The notes under the pieces were generated by a model. It saw only the letters and a program-made list of their open reading frames with translations, was not told the DNA's origin and ran no database searches. A stretch of 64,000 nt of DNA from Gemmatimonadaceae bacterium (lineage in GTDB: Bacteria; Gemmatimonadota; Gemmatimonadetes; Gemmatimonadales; Gemmatimonadaceae), in NCBI GenBank assembly GCA_033763905.1, contig JANRJP010000052.1, forward strand, positions 1 through 64,000. The letters run 5' to 3'. Position 1 is the first letter of the stretch. Each line of letters opens with the position of its first letter. The position numbers and the translations under genes were made by a program. This document shows, piece after piece, positions 54,434 through 64,000 of this stretch.

Positions 54434-55470
54434 CCGCGCTCGCCTGGGGTGGGTTTCTGCTGTTCGTGTTCGCGGTCCTGGCCGTGGACCTGTTCGTCCT
54501 CAACAAGGAAGCACACACCGTCTCGGTGAAGGAAGCCTTTGGCTTCACCGCCGTGCTGGTGGTGCTGGCGATTGGCTTCAGCGCGCTGGTGTACGTCGGC
54601 TACGACCATCATTGGCTCGGCCTTGGGAAGTCGATCGACGCCGTCGACGGCAAACTCAATGACGGCCGGTTGGCGGCGGTCAAATTCCTGACCGGCTACC
54701 TGATCGAGTTGTCGCTTTCCACCGACAACGTCTTCGTCATTGCGCTGATCTTCCAGCATCTGCGGATTCCGTCGCAGTACCAACATCGCACGCTCTTCTG
54801 GGGCGTCCTCGGCGCACTGGTGATGCGCGGCGCGCTGATTCTGGTTGGCGCGCAGCTTGTCGCGCGGTACCACTGGATCCTCTATCTGTTCGGCGCCTTC
54901 CTGGTCTACACGGCGATCAAGCTGTTCTTCCAGAAGGATGCCGCCGAGGAGCCGGACGAAACCGCGATGGTCGGCTGGATCCGCCGGTTCTTCCCGGTGT
55001 CGTCCGAACTGCGCGGGGACCATTTCACCCTGCGGATCGACGGCAAGCTGTTTCTGACGCCGATTGCCGTGGCGCTGATTCTGGTCGAAACCACGGACCT
55101 CGTGTTCGCGCTCGACTCGATCCCGGCGATTTTCGCGATCACGGCCGATCCGTTCCTGGTCTTTACCTCGAACGTCTTCGCCATTCTGGGGTTGCGGTCG
55201 CTCTACTTCGCGCTGGCCGGCGCGATGGACAAGTTCCGCTACCTCAAGGTGTCGCTGTCGGTGATTCTTGGCGTGGTCGGGCTCAAGATGCTGCTCGCCG
55301 ACCTGCTCAAGGAACAGATGGGGCCGAACGCGAACCTCTATCTGCTCGGCTTGGTCTTTGCGATTCTACTGGCCGGCATCATTGCCAGCGCCGTCACCGA
55401 CGCCACGAGCAAGCGCGCCGAGGCCGAATCGGCGGCCAAGGGATCGGACGCGCCGCCGAATATGCCCTGA
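54430..55470 (+). CDS. TerC/Alx family membrane protein
   Basis: GYLIELSLSTDNVFV, QHRTLFWGVLGALVMR, ETTDLVFALDSIPA, TSNVFAILGLRSLYF. Confidence 0.94.
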   Translation: MTALAWGGFLLFVFAVLAVDLFVLNKEAHTVSVKEAFGFTAVLVVLAIGFSALVYVGYDHHWLGLGKSIDAVDGKLNDGRLAAVKFLTGYLIELSLSTDNVFVIALIFQHLRIPSQYQHRTLFWGVLGALVMRGALILVGAQLVARYHWILYLFGAFLVYTAIKLFFQKDAAEEPDETAMVGWIRRFFPVSSELRGDHFTLRIDGKLFLTPIAVALILVETTDLVFALDSIPAIFAITADPFLVFTSNVFAILGLRSLYFALAGAMDKFRYLKVSLSVILGVVGLKMLLADLLKEQMGPNANLYLLGLVFAILLAGIIASAVTDATSKRAEAESAAKGSDAPPNMP

Positions 55471-55473
55471 GGC

Positions 55474-56058
55474 GTGGGCAAGCTCGACGACGCCCCAGAC
55501 GTCGAACCCGGGAGCCTCGCCGCGTGGCGGCGATGGCTCTCGGCGAATTACGACACGAGCGACGGCGTCTGGCTAGTCCTCGACAAGACGACCGCTCCCC
55601 GCATTCGACTGACCCAGAGCGACGCCGTGGATGAAGCGTTGTGCTGGGGGTGGATTGATTCCCTGCCCCGGAAGGTGGACGAAACCCGCTGGAAGCTGTG
55701 GCTGGCACCGCGAAAGCCGAAGTCGGTGTGGTCCAAGGTGAACAAGACGAAGCTCGAGCGGCTGTTGGCCGCCGGCCGCGTGCAAGCGCCGGGGTTGGCG
55801 GCGATCGAGCGGGCCAAGGCCAACGGCAGCTGGTCGAGCATCGACCAGGCCGAGTCACTCACCATTCCCAAGGACCTCGCCAAGGCCCTCGCTGCGGTGC
55901 CGGGTGCCCGCGGGTACTTCGATGCCTTTCCGCCCTCGGTGCGTCGCGGCATTCTGGGCTGGATTCTGGGCGCGAAGACGCCGACAACGCGTGCCGCCCG
56001 GGTACAGAAGACCGCCACGATGGCGGGCGAGAACCGCCGAGCCCAGTTCGAGCGTTAG
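55474..56058 (+). CDS. YdeI/OmpD-associated family protein
   Basis: AWRRWL, EALCWGWIDS, PRKPKSVWSKVNK, AKTPTTRAARV. Confidence 0.9.
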   Translation: MGKLDDAPDVEPGSLAAWRRWLSANYDTSDGVWLVLDKTTAPRIRLTQSDAVDEALCWGWIDSLPRKVDETRWKLWLAPRKPKSVWSKVNKTKLERLLAAGRVQAPGLAAIERAKANGSWSSIDQAESLTIPKDLAKALAAVPGARGYFDAFPPSVRRGILGWILGAKTPTTRAARVQKTATMAGENRRAQFER

Positions 56059-56064
56059 CGCTCC

Positions 56065-57468
56065 GTGTGGCGAACTCTGCAAGTGGCCTGGGCCCTTGGC
56101 CCCCTCATCATTTCGTTCCTCCGAGACCAACGGCGATGGCTGTGGGTCGGGGCGCCGCTCGCGCGGTCGCCGGCCTTTCACGAGCGGCGAGCGCGGCGAC
56201 TGGTCGGGACCATCGTCCGACTCGGGCCCACCTGGGTGAAGCTCGCGCAGGTCTTTGCTGCGCGCGCCGATCTGGTCGATGAGCCGTACCTGAGCCAGCT
56301 CGGCACCTTGGTGGACGCGGTGCCGGCGGTGCCGTGGCCGCAGATCGCACGCGAGTTGGAGGCGGCCTACGGGGCTGGGCCCACCGGGCCCTTCGACGCA
56401 CTGGACCAGACGCCGATCGCGGCCGCGTCCCTAGGTCAGGTGCATCGCGCCCGGTACGAGGGGCGCGACGTGGTCGTGAAGGTGCTGCGTCCCGGCATCG
56501 AGTCGGTGGTGGCGCGCGACGTGCACGCCGCGCGTGTGCTCACCGCGTGGGCCGCGCGGCGCTGGCCGGTGGCGCACGTGCAGGCGATGCAGGCGATGGT
56601 CGAGGAGTTCGCCGAGCGCGTCGCCGAGGAATTGGATTTCCGGATGGAAGCGGCGTACGCCACCGAAGTGGCGACCAACTTCGCGAACACGCCGGACGTG
56701 GTGATTCCCGAAGTGATCCAGCCGTTGGTCCGCCGTCGGGTGCTGGTGCTCACCTTCGTGGCGGGCACCCGCGTCGATCGCCTCCCACCGGACACCGTGG
56801 ACGCGAAGCGCCTGGCGACGGCGGTGATGACCACGTACGTGCAGATGATGCTGGTGGACGGGCTGTTCCACGCCGATCCGCATCCCGGCAACCTGCTGGT
56901 CGACGCGCAGGGGCGCTTGGTGCTGCTCGACTTCGGGATGATGGTGCGGGTGCCGCGCGCGCTTCGGTTGACGCTCGTGCGTTCGGTATTTGCCGCGGTG
57001 CGCCGAGATGTGCGTGGTGTCGCGGACGGGTTCTTTGCCCTTGGCCTTGCCGCACCGGGCGCGGATCCCGCCGAGATCACGCGGTTGGCGCAGGTGATGA
57101 TCACGATGGCGGACTCGGTGAGCACCACCAGAGACCGGCTCGAAGTGATTCTGACCGACCGGATTATGTCGACCCTCTACGACTTCCCGGTGATTCTGCC
57201 GCGCGAGTTGGTGTACTTCGCGCGCACGGCGGCGTTGATCGAAGGTCTCGGGACGCGATACGACCCGTACTTCAACGCCATTGCGGTCGGCACGCCGTTA
57301 GTCCTTCGGATGCGGACCAGCATCCTGCGCTCGCTGGGTGACGACGCCAAGCCGAGCGTGGAAGAAGTCGCGGCCATCGCCGGCTGGGCCGCGGGTGTTG
57401 CGGTCACACGGGCGCGAGCGGCATTCCGAGGCGTGCGCGCGGCCGCCCGTGCGCTCGTAGGCGCTTAA
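56065..57468 (+). CDS. AarF/UbiB/ABC1 atypical kinase family protein
   Basis: LGPTWVKLAQ, AAASLGQVHRA, VVKV, ELDF, FHADPHPGN, LLDFGM. Confidence 0.93.
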   Translation: MWRTLQVAWALGPLIISFLRDQRRWLWVGAPLARSPAFHERRARRLVGTIVRLGPTWVKLAQVFAARADLVDEPYLSQLGTLVDAVPAVPWPQIARELEAAYGAGPTGPFDALDQTPIAAASLGQVHRARYEGRDVVVKVLRPGIESVVARDVHAARVLTAWAARRWPVAHVQAMQAMVEEFAERVAEELDFRMEAAYATEVATNFANTPDVVIPEVIQPLVRRRVLVLTFVAGTRVDRLPPDTVDAKRLATAVMTTYVQMMLVDGLFHADPHPGNLLVDAQGRLVLLDFGMMVRVPRALRLTLVRSVFAAVRRDVRGVADGFFALGLAAPGADPAEITRLAQVMITMADSVSTTRDRLEVILTDRIMSTLYDFPVILPRELVYFARTAALIEGLGTRYDPYFNAIAVGTPLVLRMRTSILRSLGDDAKPSVEEVAAIAGWAAGVAVTRARAAFRGVRAAARALVGA

Positions 57469-58436
57469 TCGCCGAAGTCGCCGACGAGTCCGATCTCGGT
57501 CTCGATCTGGTAGCCGGTGCCTTCGCGCACCCTGTCCTGAGCGAGTCGAATGAGGGCCAGGACATCGGCCGCCGTGGCGCCACCCAGGTTCACGAAGATG
57601 TTGGCGTGAATGTGGCTGATCTGGGCGCCGCCGAGCCGGTGTCCCTTAAGTCCGACCTGATCGATCAGCCGCCCCGCGCCGACCCCTTCGATCTTCTTGA
57701 AGATCGACCCGATGCTCGGGTGATACTCAAGCCACGGATGCTTGCCGCCGCGCCACGACAGGTTCTCCTGCAGAATGCGGTGCATCTCGGCCGGGTCCTT
57801 GGGCGTGAGGGCAAACGTGACCGCCAATGCGATATCGGGCCGGACGTGCAGCACCGAGAAGTCATACGCGAACTGCATATACGCCCGATCGACCGTCCGG
57901 CGGGTTCCTTCGGCCGTGAGCAGCTCCGCCGACTCGAACACCTCTTCGATCAGCATCGTGCGCTCGCGCGCGGGGGCCGGGCTCAGAAAGTGCAGGTTCT
58001 GCCACACGGCGCCGCCTACCGTGCTCGGAATCCCGACGTAATGCTCGAGCCCGCTCCATCCCCGGTTGACGGCCTGCGGAATCAGGTCGGCCATCGTCGC
58101 GCCGCTCTCGGCCCGGACGCGGCCGTCGTCGGTCCAGGAGATGGCACGCGCTTCGTTCTTGACGACGAGTCCACGAAACCCGCGGTCACCGATCAGTACG
58201 TTGGCGCCGAGCCCAAGCACGAACACCGGGACACCCGTCTCGCGTGCGGCGAGCACGGCGTCCGCCAGATCATTCGCGCTGTCGGCGCGATAGAATAGAT
58301 CGGCCGGACCCCCGATCTTGAACGTGGTGTACGGGGCCAGGTGGACGCCGCGCGACAGGCGCGCGGGGTCGAGGCGGGCCGCGCAGGCGTCGAGCGCGGC
58401 CTTTTCTACCGGAGCAGAAGACGTGAAGGTCGGCAC
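57465..58436 (-). CDS. murB: UDP-N-acetylenolpyruvoylglucosamine reductase
   Basis: YTTFKIGGPAD, LGLGANVL, GIPSTVGGA, SIGSIFK, HANIFVN, ETEI. Start approximate. Confidence 0.92.
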   Translation of the reverse strand: MPTFTSSAPVEKAALDACAARLDPARLSRGVHLAPYTTFKIGGPADLFYRADSANDLADAVLAARETGVPVFVLGLGANVLIGDRGFRGLVVKNEARAISWTDDGRVRAESGATMADLIPQAVNRGWSGLEHYVGIPSTVGGAVWQNLHFLSPAPARERTMLIEEVFESAELLTAEGTRRTVDRAYMQFAYDFSVLHVRPDIALAVTFALTPKDPAEMHRILQENLSWRGGKHPWLEYHPSIGSIFKKIEGVGAGRLIDQVGLKGHRLGGAQISHIHANIFVNLGGATAADVLALIRLAQDRVREGTGYQIETEIGLVGDFGD

Positions 58437-58476
58437 ACGCCAAATCAAACCGTTCGCGCGAATTCGGGCCACCGGG

Positions 58477-59856
58477 GTGGCCCTGCTCTTCGGCGTGTTC
58501 GCCTTCGTCGGCGTCGCGTCGCCGCTGGCGGCCCAGTCCCGCGCCGTGCTCGAGAAAGTGATTCGGCGTCAGGTGCTGCCGAATGGACTCGAAGTGATCG
58601 TGTACGAGAATCACGGCGTGCCGTTGGCCACCGTGGAGTTCGACGTGAAAAACGGTGCCTTCGTGCAAACGAAGGAGCTCGCCGGGCTCGCCCACCTGTA
58701 CGAGCATATGTTCTTCAAGGCGAACGCCCGGTACCCTGATGCCGACGCCTTCTTGGCCCGCACGTCCGCGCTTGGCGCGCGATTTAACGCCACCACGCAG
58801 GAAGAGCGCGTCAACTATTACATCACGGTGCAGCGGGACTCGTTGACCGCCGCGATGCAGTTCATGAACGCGGCCATTCGCACGCCGCTCTTCCGGGCGG
58901 ACGAACTGGCGCAGGAGCGCGAAGTCGTGCTCGGCGAGTACGACCGCAACGAGTCGAACCCGATGTTCGGCTTTATGCAGGAAATGGATCGTGTGCTCTA
59001 CGGCGCCGAATGGCACCGCAAGAACACCATCGGTGACCGTGAAGTCATTCGCACGGCGACGCCCGAGCAGATGCGATTCATCCAGAAGCGATACTACGTG
59101 CCGAACAACACCGCGCTGATCGTATCGGGCGATGTGCAATCCGATTCGGTATTCGCGCTGGCGACCCGTCTGTTCGCCGACTGGCCGCGCCAGCCCGACC
59201 CGTTCACTGTGGCACCGCTCCCTGCCCTGCCGCTGCTGGCTGCCGACGACGCGATCGTGACCGAAGCGCCCGTCTCGGCAGTCAGCGTGATGCTACGCTG
59301 GAATGGGCCCAGTGTCGGGAAGGACCCGGCAGCGACCTACGCTGCCGACGTGTTCAGTGACGCGCTCAATCAGCCCGGCTCGAAGTTCCAGCAGCGGCTG
59401 GTCGATTCCGGTTTGTGGCTGGGCGTTGGGGTGAACTACTACACCCTCAACCAGAACGGCCCGATCACGATCAGCGGGCAGACGACCGTCGAGAATTACC
59501 CGGCCGCGATGCGCGCGCTGGAGGCCGAGATCGCGAAGTTCACCGAGCCCGGCTACATCACCGAGGAAGAACTGCGACACACGCAGGCCGCGCGGACGGT
59601 CTCGAGTGCCTTCGGCCTCGAGCGGTCATCGGATCTCGCGCACACGATCGGGTTCTGGTGGAGTGTGGCGTCGCTGGACTACTTCCTCGGCTACGTCGAC
59701 AATATGGCGGCGATGACATTGGCTGATTTGCGCGGGTACGCGGCGAAGTACATCGCGGGCAAGCCCAGGCTCACCGGCGTGCTGTTGTCGCCGCAGGATC
59801 GCGCGACACTCAAGCTCACGCGGGAATCGTTGGCGTCGCAGCGGAGGGTGCCGTGA
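58477..59856 (+). CDS. M16 family zinc peptidase, catalytic subunit, exported
   Basis: Signal peptide, LPNGL, GLAHLYEHMFF, NATT, YYVPNN. Start is 58477 or 58423. Confidence 0.9.
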   Translation: MALLFGVFAFVGVASPLAAQSRAVLEKVIRRQVLPNGLEVIVYENHGVPLATVEFDVKNGAFVQTKELAGLAHLYEHMFFKANARYPDADAFLARTSALGARFNATTQEERVNYYITVQRDSLTAAMQFMNAAIRTPLFRADELAQEREVVLGEYDRNESNPMFGFMQEMDRVLYGAEWHRKNTIGDREVIRTATPEQMRFIQKRYYVPNNTALIVSGDVQSDSVFALATRLFADWPRQPDPFTVAPLPALPLLAADDAIVTEAPVSAVSVMLRWNGPSVGKDPAATYAADVFSDALNQPGSKFQQRLVDSGLWLGVGVNYYTLNQNGPITISGQTTVENYPAAMRALEAEIAKFTEPGYITEEELRHTQAARTVSSAFGLERSSDLAHTIGFWWSVASLDYFLGYVDNMAAMTLADLRGYAAKYIAGKPRLTGVLLSPQDRATLKLTRESLASQRRVP

Positions 59857-61238
59857 TGCGCGTCTCCACCGTGGCGGCGATCGCCCTGCTGCTCGGCGGC
59901 GCGTTCGAGGTCGACGCGCAGAGCCGTCCACCGGCCACCACGCGCCCGACGCGTCGTCCAGCACCCGCGCCGGTCACGGTGGCGGTGCCCGAGGTGCAGC
60001 CCAACCAGACGGCGGACTTCGTCGTCGGCGGGGTACGCGTGATTCTCCGGCGCAACACGGCAAACGACGTGATTGCCGCGAATCTCTATCTGCTGGGTGG
60101 CACACGGGCCGTACCGACGACGCTCGCGGGTCTGGAGCCGTTCTACTTGAGCGTCAGCGAGCAGGGTACCGCCAAGTATCCCAAGGCCAAGCTGCGCCTT
60201 GCGATGGCGCGACTCGGTACCGGGATCGGCATTGACGCCGACGTGGACTGGACGATGTTCGGGCTCCGTGCGACGTCGGCCACGCTCGACAGTACGTGGG
60301 CGGTCTTCGCCGACCGCCTGTTGCACCCGACGCTCGACAACGCCGAGATCGAACTGCTCCGGCAGCAGATGTTGTCGGCGATGAGCCAGCGGGCCGACGA
60401 TCCGGAGTCGTATCTCGAGTGGCTGGCGGATTCGATTGCTTTCGCGGGACATCCGTACGGCACGCTGCCGACCGGAACGCCCGAAACCATTGCCCGCATC
60501 ACGCGGGACGAACTGGATCGATATCGTCGCACCCAACTGGTGACGAGCCGAATGCTGCTCGTCGTCGTCGGCAATGTGACGCGAGCGCAGCTCGAACGGT
60601 TGATTCGTCCAACCTTGGCGCAACAGCCGGCGGGCACCTACGCGTGGAGCCTGCCCGACACGGTCGGTGCTCGTGGTCCGGCGCTGGTGGTGGTGCCGCG
60701 CAATCTGCCGACGAACTACCTGCAGGGCTGGTTTGCTGGACCGCCAGCGGGTTCGCCCGATTACGAGGCGCTGCGTCTGGCCACGGCGGTGCTGTCGGGA
60801 CAGCTCTTCAGCGAAGTGCGCTCGCGTCGGAATCTCACCTACGCGGTCAACGCGCCGTTCAAGGAGCGGGCGATCGCTGCCGCGGGCTTGTACGTCACCA
60901 CCGTGGCTCCCGACAGCGTCCTGCGCATTATGAAGCAGGAAATCGATCTGCTATCGAGCGAACTGATCACCGCGGCCGGGCTGTCGCAGCTCGTGAACCA
61001 ATTCATTACCGGGTACTACAGCGACCACGAAACGAACGCCGATCAGGCGGAGTCGCTGGCGCGCGCGACGCTGTACCGCGGCGACTGGCGCGTGGCCGAC
61101 CGGTTCATTGAGGAACTGCGTCGCGTGACGCCCGAGGACATTCGGCGTGTGTCGGAGCGCTACCTCAAGGGGCTCAAGCTGGCGTACATCGGCAATCCGC
61201 GTCGCCTGACGCGCAGCCGCGTCGCCGACTTCGACTGA
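59853..61238 (+). CDS. M16 family peptidase, non-catalytic partner, exported
   Basis: Signal peptide; no HxxEH; LFSEVRSRRNLTYA; GHPYG. Confidence 0.88.
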   Translation: MMRVSTVAAIALLLGGAFEVDAQSRPPATTRPTRRPAPAPVTVAVPEVQPNQTADFVVGGVRVILRRNTANDVIAANLYLLGGTRAVPTTLAGLEPFYLSVSEQGTAKYPKAKLRLAMARLGTGIGIDADVDWTMFGLRATSATLDSTWAVFADRLLHPTLDNAEIELLRQQMLSAMSQRADDPESYLEWLADSIAFAGHPYGTLPTGTPETIARITRDELDRYRRTQLVTSRMLLVVVGNVTRAQLERLIRPTLAQQPAGTYAWSLPDTVGARGPALVVVPRNLPTNYLQGWFAGPPAGSPDYEALRLATAVLSGQLFSEVRSRRNLTYAVNAPFKERAIAAAGLYVTTVAPDSVLRIMKQEIDLLSSELITAAGLSQLVNQFITGYYSDHETNADQAESLARATLYRGDWRVADRFIEELRRVTPEDIRRVSERYLKGLKLAYIGNPRRLTRSRVADFD

Positions 61239-61246
61239 GACACTTC

Positions 61247-61270
61247 GCCCGCGCCGAGTCCGGCGCGGGC
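61247..61270. terminator. Hairpin between convergent M16 and hisIE genes
   Basis: gcccgcgccg-agtc-cggcgcgggc. Confidence 0.55.
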
Positions 61271-61280
61271 CTCGGGCGGG

Positions 61281-61925
61281 CTACGATGCGCGGCCGCCCA
61301 GCACGCGGCGCACATCGTCGAGCGTGACGCCGGTCGCTCGCAACGCGACCATCACGTGATAGAACAAATCGGCCGCCTCTTCGGTCGCGCGCGTCCGATC
61401 CCCATCGGCACAGGCGGTGACGAACTCAGCCGCCTCTTCGCCGATCTTCTTGAGTCGGAGGTTGCGGTCGCCCAACAGACGGCGCGTGTAGCTCGGTTTG
61501 CGCTCCGGGTCGGGCATTTCGTTGGCACGCGCCTCGATCACGGCATCGAGGGTGGACAGCACGTCCGCCTGGCGGCCGAGCGGCTCGAAGCACGTTGGCT
61601 CACCGGTGTGGCAGGCAGGTCCCGCCGGTGCGACCCGCGCGAGCACCGTGTCGGCGTCGCAATCGAGATGCAACGATACCACGCGCTGCACGTTGCCGCT
61701 CGTGCCGCCCTTGTGCCACAATCCGCGCGAACGCGAGTGGTAGTGCATCTCGCCGGTTTCGATCGTTCGGGCGAGCGCCGTCCGGTCGGCGAACGCGACC
61801 ATCAGTACCGATCCCGTGATCACATCCTGTGCAACGACCGGGACCAGCCCGCCGCCCTTCGCGAAATTCACGTCGTCGAGCAGGAAGGAAACCGTCAGGC
61901 GTTCGGCGCCCGCAGACTGCGTCAT
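61281..61925 (-). CDS. hisIE: Bifunctional phosphoribosyl-AMP cyclohydrolase / phosphoribosyl-ATP diphosphatase
   Basis: [48 protein letters not shown]. Confidence 0.96.
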   Translation of the reverse strand: MTQSAGAERLTVSFLLDDVNFAKGGGLVPVVAQDVITGSVLMVAFADRTALARTIETGEMHYHSRSRGLWHKGGTSGNVQRVVSLHLDCDADTVLARVAPAGPACHTGEPTCFEPLGRQADVLSTLDAVIEARANEMPDPERKPSYTRRLLGDRNLRLKKIGEEAAEFVTACADGDRTRATEEAADLFYHVMVALRATGVTLDDVRRVLGGRAS

Positions 61926-62707
61926 TGAGGAGCTCCGGCATTGAGCGCACGTCGCGCGTCCACGCGCAGCGCGAAATTGGTCGCGATCACGTCACCGCCA
62001 AACGCCGTGCGGTGTCCGGCATAATCGGTGAAGACGCCGCCCGCTTCCTCGACGATCGGCAACACGGCAGCGGCATCCCACGGGTTCATCTTCGGATCCA
62101 CCATCACCTCGGCGCGGCCCGTGGCCACGAGCACGTAGCCGTAGCAGTCGCCCCACGACCGCGCGATCGACGCGGCCGCAGACAGGGCACGCCATCCGTC
62201 GCGCTTCGCGACATCACCATACGCGCGTTCGTCGGTGACGAGCACGGTGGCCTCGGCCAAGGTGTCGATGCGGCTGACCGCGCAGCGCTGGTCGTTCCAG
62301 TAGGCCCCCTCGCCGAGCGCTGCGCAGACCAGTTCGTCCGCGGCGGGACAGCAGACGGCGCCGGCGAGGACGTGATCGCCTTCCACGACGCCGATCAGCG
62401 TCCCCCACAGCGGCACACCGCGGACGAAGCTCTTGGTACCGTCGATCGGGTCGACGAACCAGCGTCGCGCGGCATCGGGCCTCGTGTCGCCGAACTCCTC
62501 GCCCACGATGCCATCGGTCGGGAATCGGGCGGTGATCCACTCGCGGGCGGCGGTTTCGGCGGCACGGTCAGCGACAGTGACGGGTGAGCCATCGCCCTTG
62601 AGCTCCACGGTGAGCGCGGTGCGGTACTGCGCCATCGCGACGCGCGCCGCCATCTGTGCGACGTCGCGCACGGCGTCGAGCAGTACTCGCTGTGGGACCG
62701 TCGTCAC
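61922..62707 (-). CDS. hisN: Histidinol-phosphatase (inositol monophosphatase family)
   Basis: [35 protein letters not shown]; position within the his operon; GTG 62707. Confidence 0.88.
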   Translation of the reverse strand: MTTVPQRVLLDAVRDVAQMAARVAMAQYRTALTVELKGDGSPVTVADRAAETAAREWITARFPTDGIVGEEFGDTRPDAARRWFVDPIDGTKSFVRGVPLWGTLIGVVEGDHVLAGAVCCPAADELVCAALGEGAYWNDQRCAVSRIDTLAEATVLVTDERAYGDVAKRDGWRALSAAASIARSWGDCYGYVLVATGRAEVMVDPKMNPWDAAAVLPIVEEAGGVFTDYAGHRTAFGGDVIATNFALRVDARRALNAGAPQ

Positions 62708-63495
62708 GCTGTGCCTCGGGCGCCAGCGCCGACGCGTTGCGCGGCGCGGATTGGCAGGCCGGCGGCGCGCATCGCCGACTTGAGCGCATCGACCGTGGTC
62801 ACGCCGTCGTGCAGAATGCCAGCGACGAGGGCGGCGTCGGCCCCGCCGTCGGTGATGGCTTCGACCACGTGCGTGGCGGACCCAGCGCCGCCGCTCGCAA
62901 CGACCGGCACCGGCACGGCATCGGCGATCGCGCGCGTCAGCGCGAGATCGTAGCCGGTCCGGGCGCCGTCGCGGTCGATGGACGTGAGCAGAATCTCTCC
63001 GGCGCCGCGCTGCACGCACTCGACGGCCCAGGACACCGCGTCGAGCTCGGTCGGCGCCTTGCCACCCTTGGTGTACACGCGCCAGCGGTCGCCGTCGCGC
63101 TTCGCATCGATGCTGGCGACCACGCACTGCGACCCGAAACGGTAGGCCGATTCCGTCAAGATTTCGGGTGTCGTGACGGCGGCCGAGTTGATGCTCACCT
63201 TGTCGGCGCCCGCGCGCAGCGCACGACCGACGTCATCGGCGGTACGAATGCCGCCACCGATCGTCAGCGGCACAAACAGTCGCTCGGCTGTGCGGCGCGC
63301 GGTCTCCAGCAACGTGGCGCGGGCTTCGGCCGTCGCGCTGATGTCCAGGAAGACGATCTCATCCGCCCCCTCGGCTTCATAGCGCACGGCGAGCTCCACC
63401 GGATCACCCACATCGCGGAGGTGCTCGAACTGCACGCCTTTGACGACCCGTCCACCGGTAACATCGAGGCAGACGACTACACGGCGAGTGAGCAC
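62704..63495 (-). CDS. hisF: Imidazole glycerol phosphate synthase cyclase subunit
   Basis: [45 protein letters not shown]. Confidence 0.97.
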   Translation of the reverse strand: MLTRRVVVCLDVTGGRVVKGVQFEHLRDVGDPVELAVRYEAEGADEIVFLDISATAEARATLLETARRTAERLFVPLTIGGGIRTADDVGRALRAGADKVSINSAAVTTPEILTESAYRFGSQCVVASIDAKRDGDRWRVYTKGGKAPTELDAVSWAVECVQRGAGEILLTSIDRDGARTGYDLALTRAIADAVPVPVVASGGAGSATHVVEAITDGGADAALVAGILHDGVTTVDALKSAMRAAGLPIRAAQRVGAGARGTA

Positions 63496-63499
63496 GCGA

Positions 63500-64000
63500 T
63501 CAGGACTCCACGATCTGGTTCACCGCGCCCTTGGTGCTGAAGACGGCGCCCGTGTCGGTCAACGCATCGCGCAGCGCCAGGCCCAGCGCCTTGAATGCTG
63601 CCTCGACGATGTGGTGCCGATCGCGCCCGCGAATCACGCGCACGTGCACGGTTGCCTTGGCATTGTCGGCGAACGAGCGAAACCAGTGATCGTAGAGCGA
63701 GCTCGGCAAGCGGCCCGCGTAGTACGGGCGACCGCCCAGGTCCACGACGACTTGCACCAGGGCTTCGTCCATCGGGATCGTCCGCTCGCCGTAGCGCGCG
63801 CAGGTCGCTGGTGCGTAGGCCGCCATCGCGGCCCCGATCGCGATGCCGACGTCTTCGATCAGGTGGTGCCGCAAATCGCCACGCGCCGTGACGCGGAGCG
63901 AGAGCCCCGAGTATCGCGCGAAGGTGCCGAGCATATGGTCGAGGAACGGCTCGGTGGTGGCGATTTCCGAGGCGCCGCTTCCCTGCACTGCGACGCGAAT
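63500..64000 (-). CDS. hisB: Imidazoleglycerol-phosphate dehydratase (5' end outside the window)
   Basis: FLDHML, HHLIED, PMDEAL, HHIVEAAFKA, STKG; the frame stays open to position 64000. Confidence 0.94.
   Translation of the reverse strand: MRVAVQGSGASEIATTEPFLDHMLGTFARYSGLSLRVTARGDLRHHLIEDVGIAIGAAMAAYAPATCARYGERTIPMDEALVQVVVDLGGRPYYAGRLPSSLYDHWFRSFADNAKATVHVRVIRGRDRHHIVEAAFKALGLALRDALTDTGAVFSTKGAVNQIVES

Overview
A very GC-rich bacterial chromosome segment, about 64 kb, centred on the replication origin. Gene order and protein style suggest Gemmatimonadota; this is an inference and not a database hit. The core is yidC-yidD-rnpA-rpmH divergent from dnaA-[oriC]-dnaN, with rnpB convergent on dnaN. 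polA lies about 6 kb to the right, and parA-parB with a perfect parS about 18-19 kb to the right. The rest is mostly housekeeping: holA-SPOR-mutS, cbs-ddl, queF, upp, pyrE, murB, part of the his operon, a nucleoside-type ABC transporter, two M16 peptidase pairs, several hydrolases, tRNA-Phe and an ECF sigma/anti-sigma pair. I saw no integrase, transposase, prophage or CRISPR array. The most interesting signals are: (1) a beta-clamp-binding-like pentapeptide (QMDLF) in the DnaA linker, and a similar one in a PolA insertion; (2) a QueE-like protein that has lost the radical-SAM CxxxCxxC motif, two genes from an insertion-bearing QueF; (3) rnpA, whose conserved N-terminus has no in-frame ATG/GTG/TTG; (4) a recurring TANNNT hexamer 6-8 nt before start codons, suggesting leaderless mRNAs; (5) a sigma54-type promoter in front of the ECF sigma gene and an ECF-type promoter in front of its anti-sigma; (6) a Bacillus-like oriC unwinding module plus satellite DnaA-box-like clusters, one wrapped around parS; (7) two structured intergenic RNA candidates. 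Start codons were adjusted by eye from the ORF track and family calls rest on motif recognition only.
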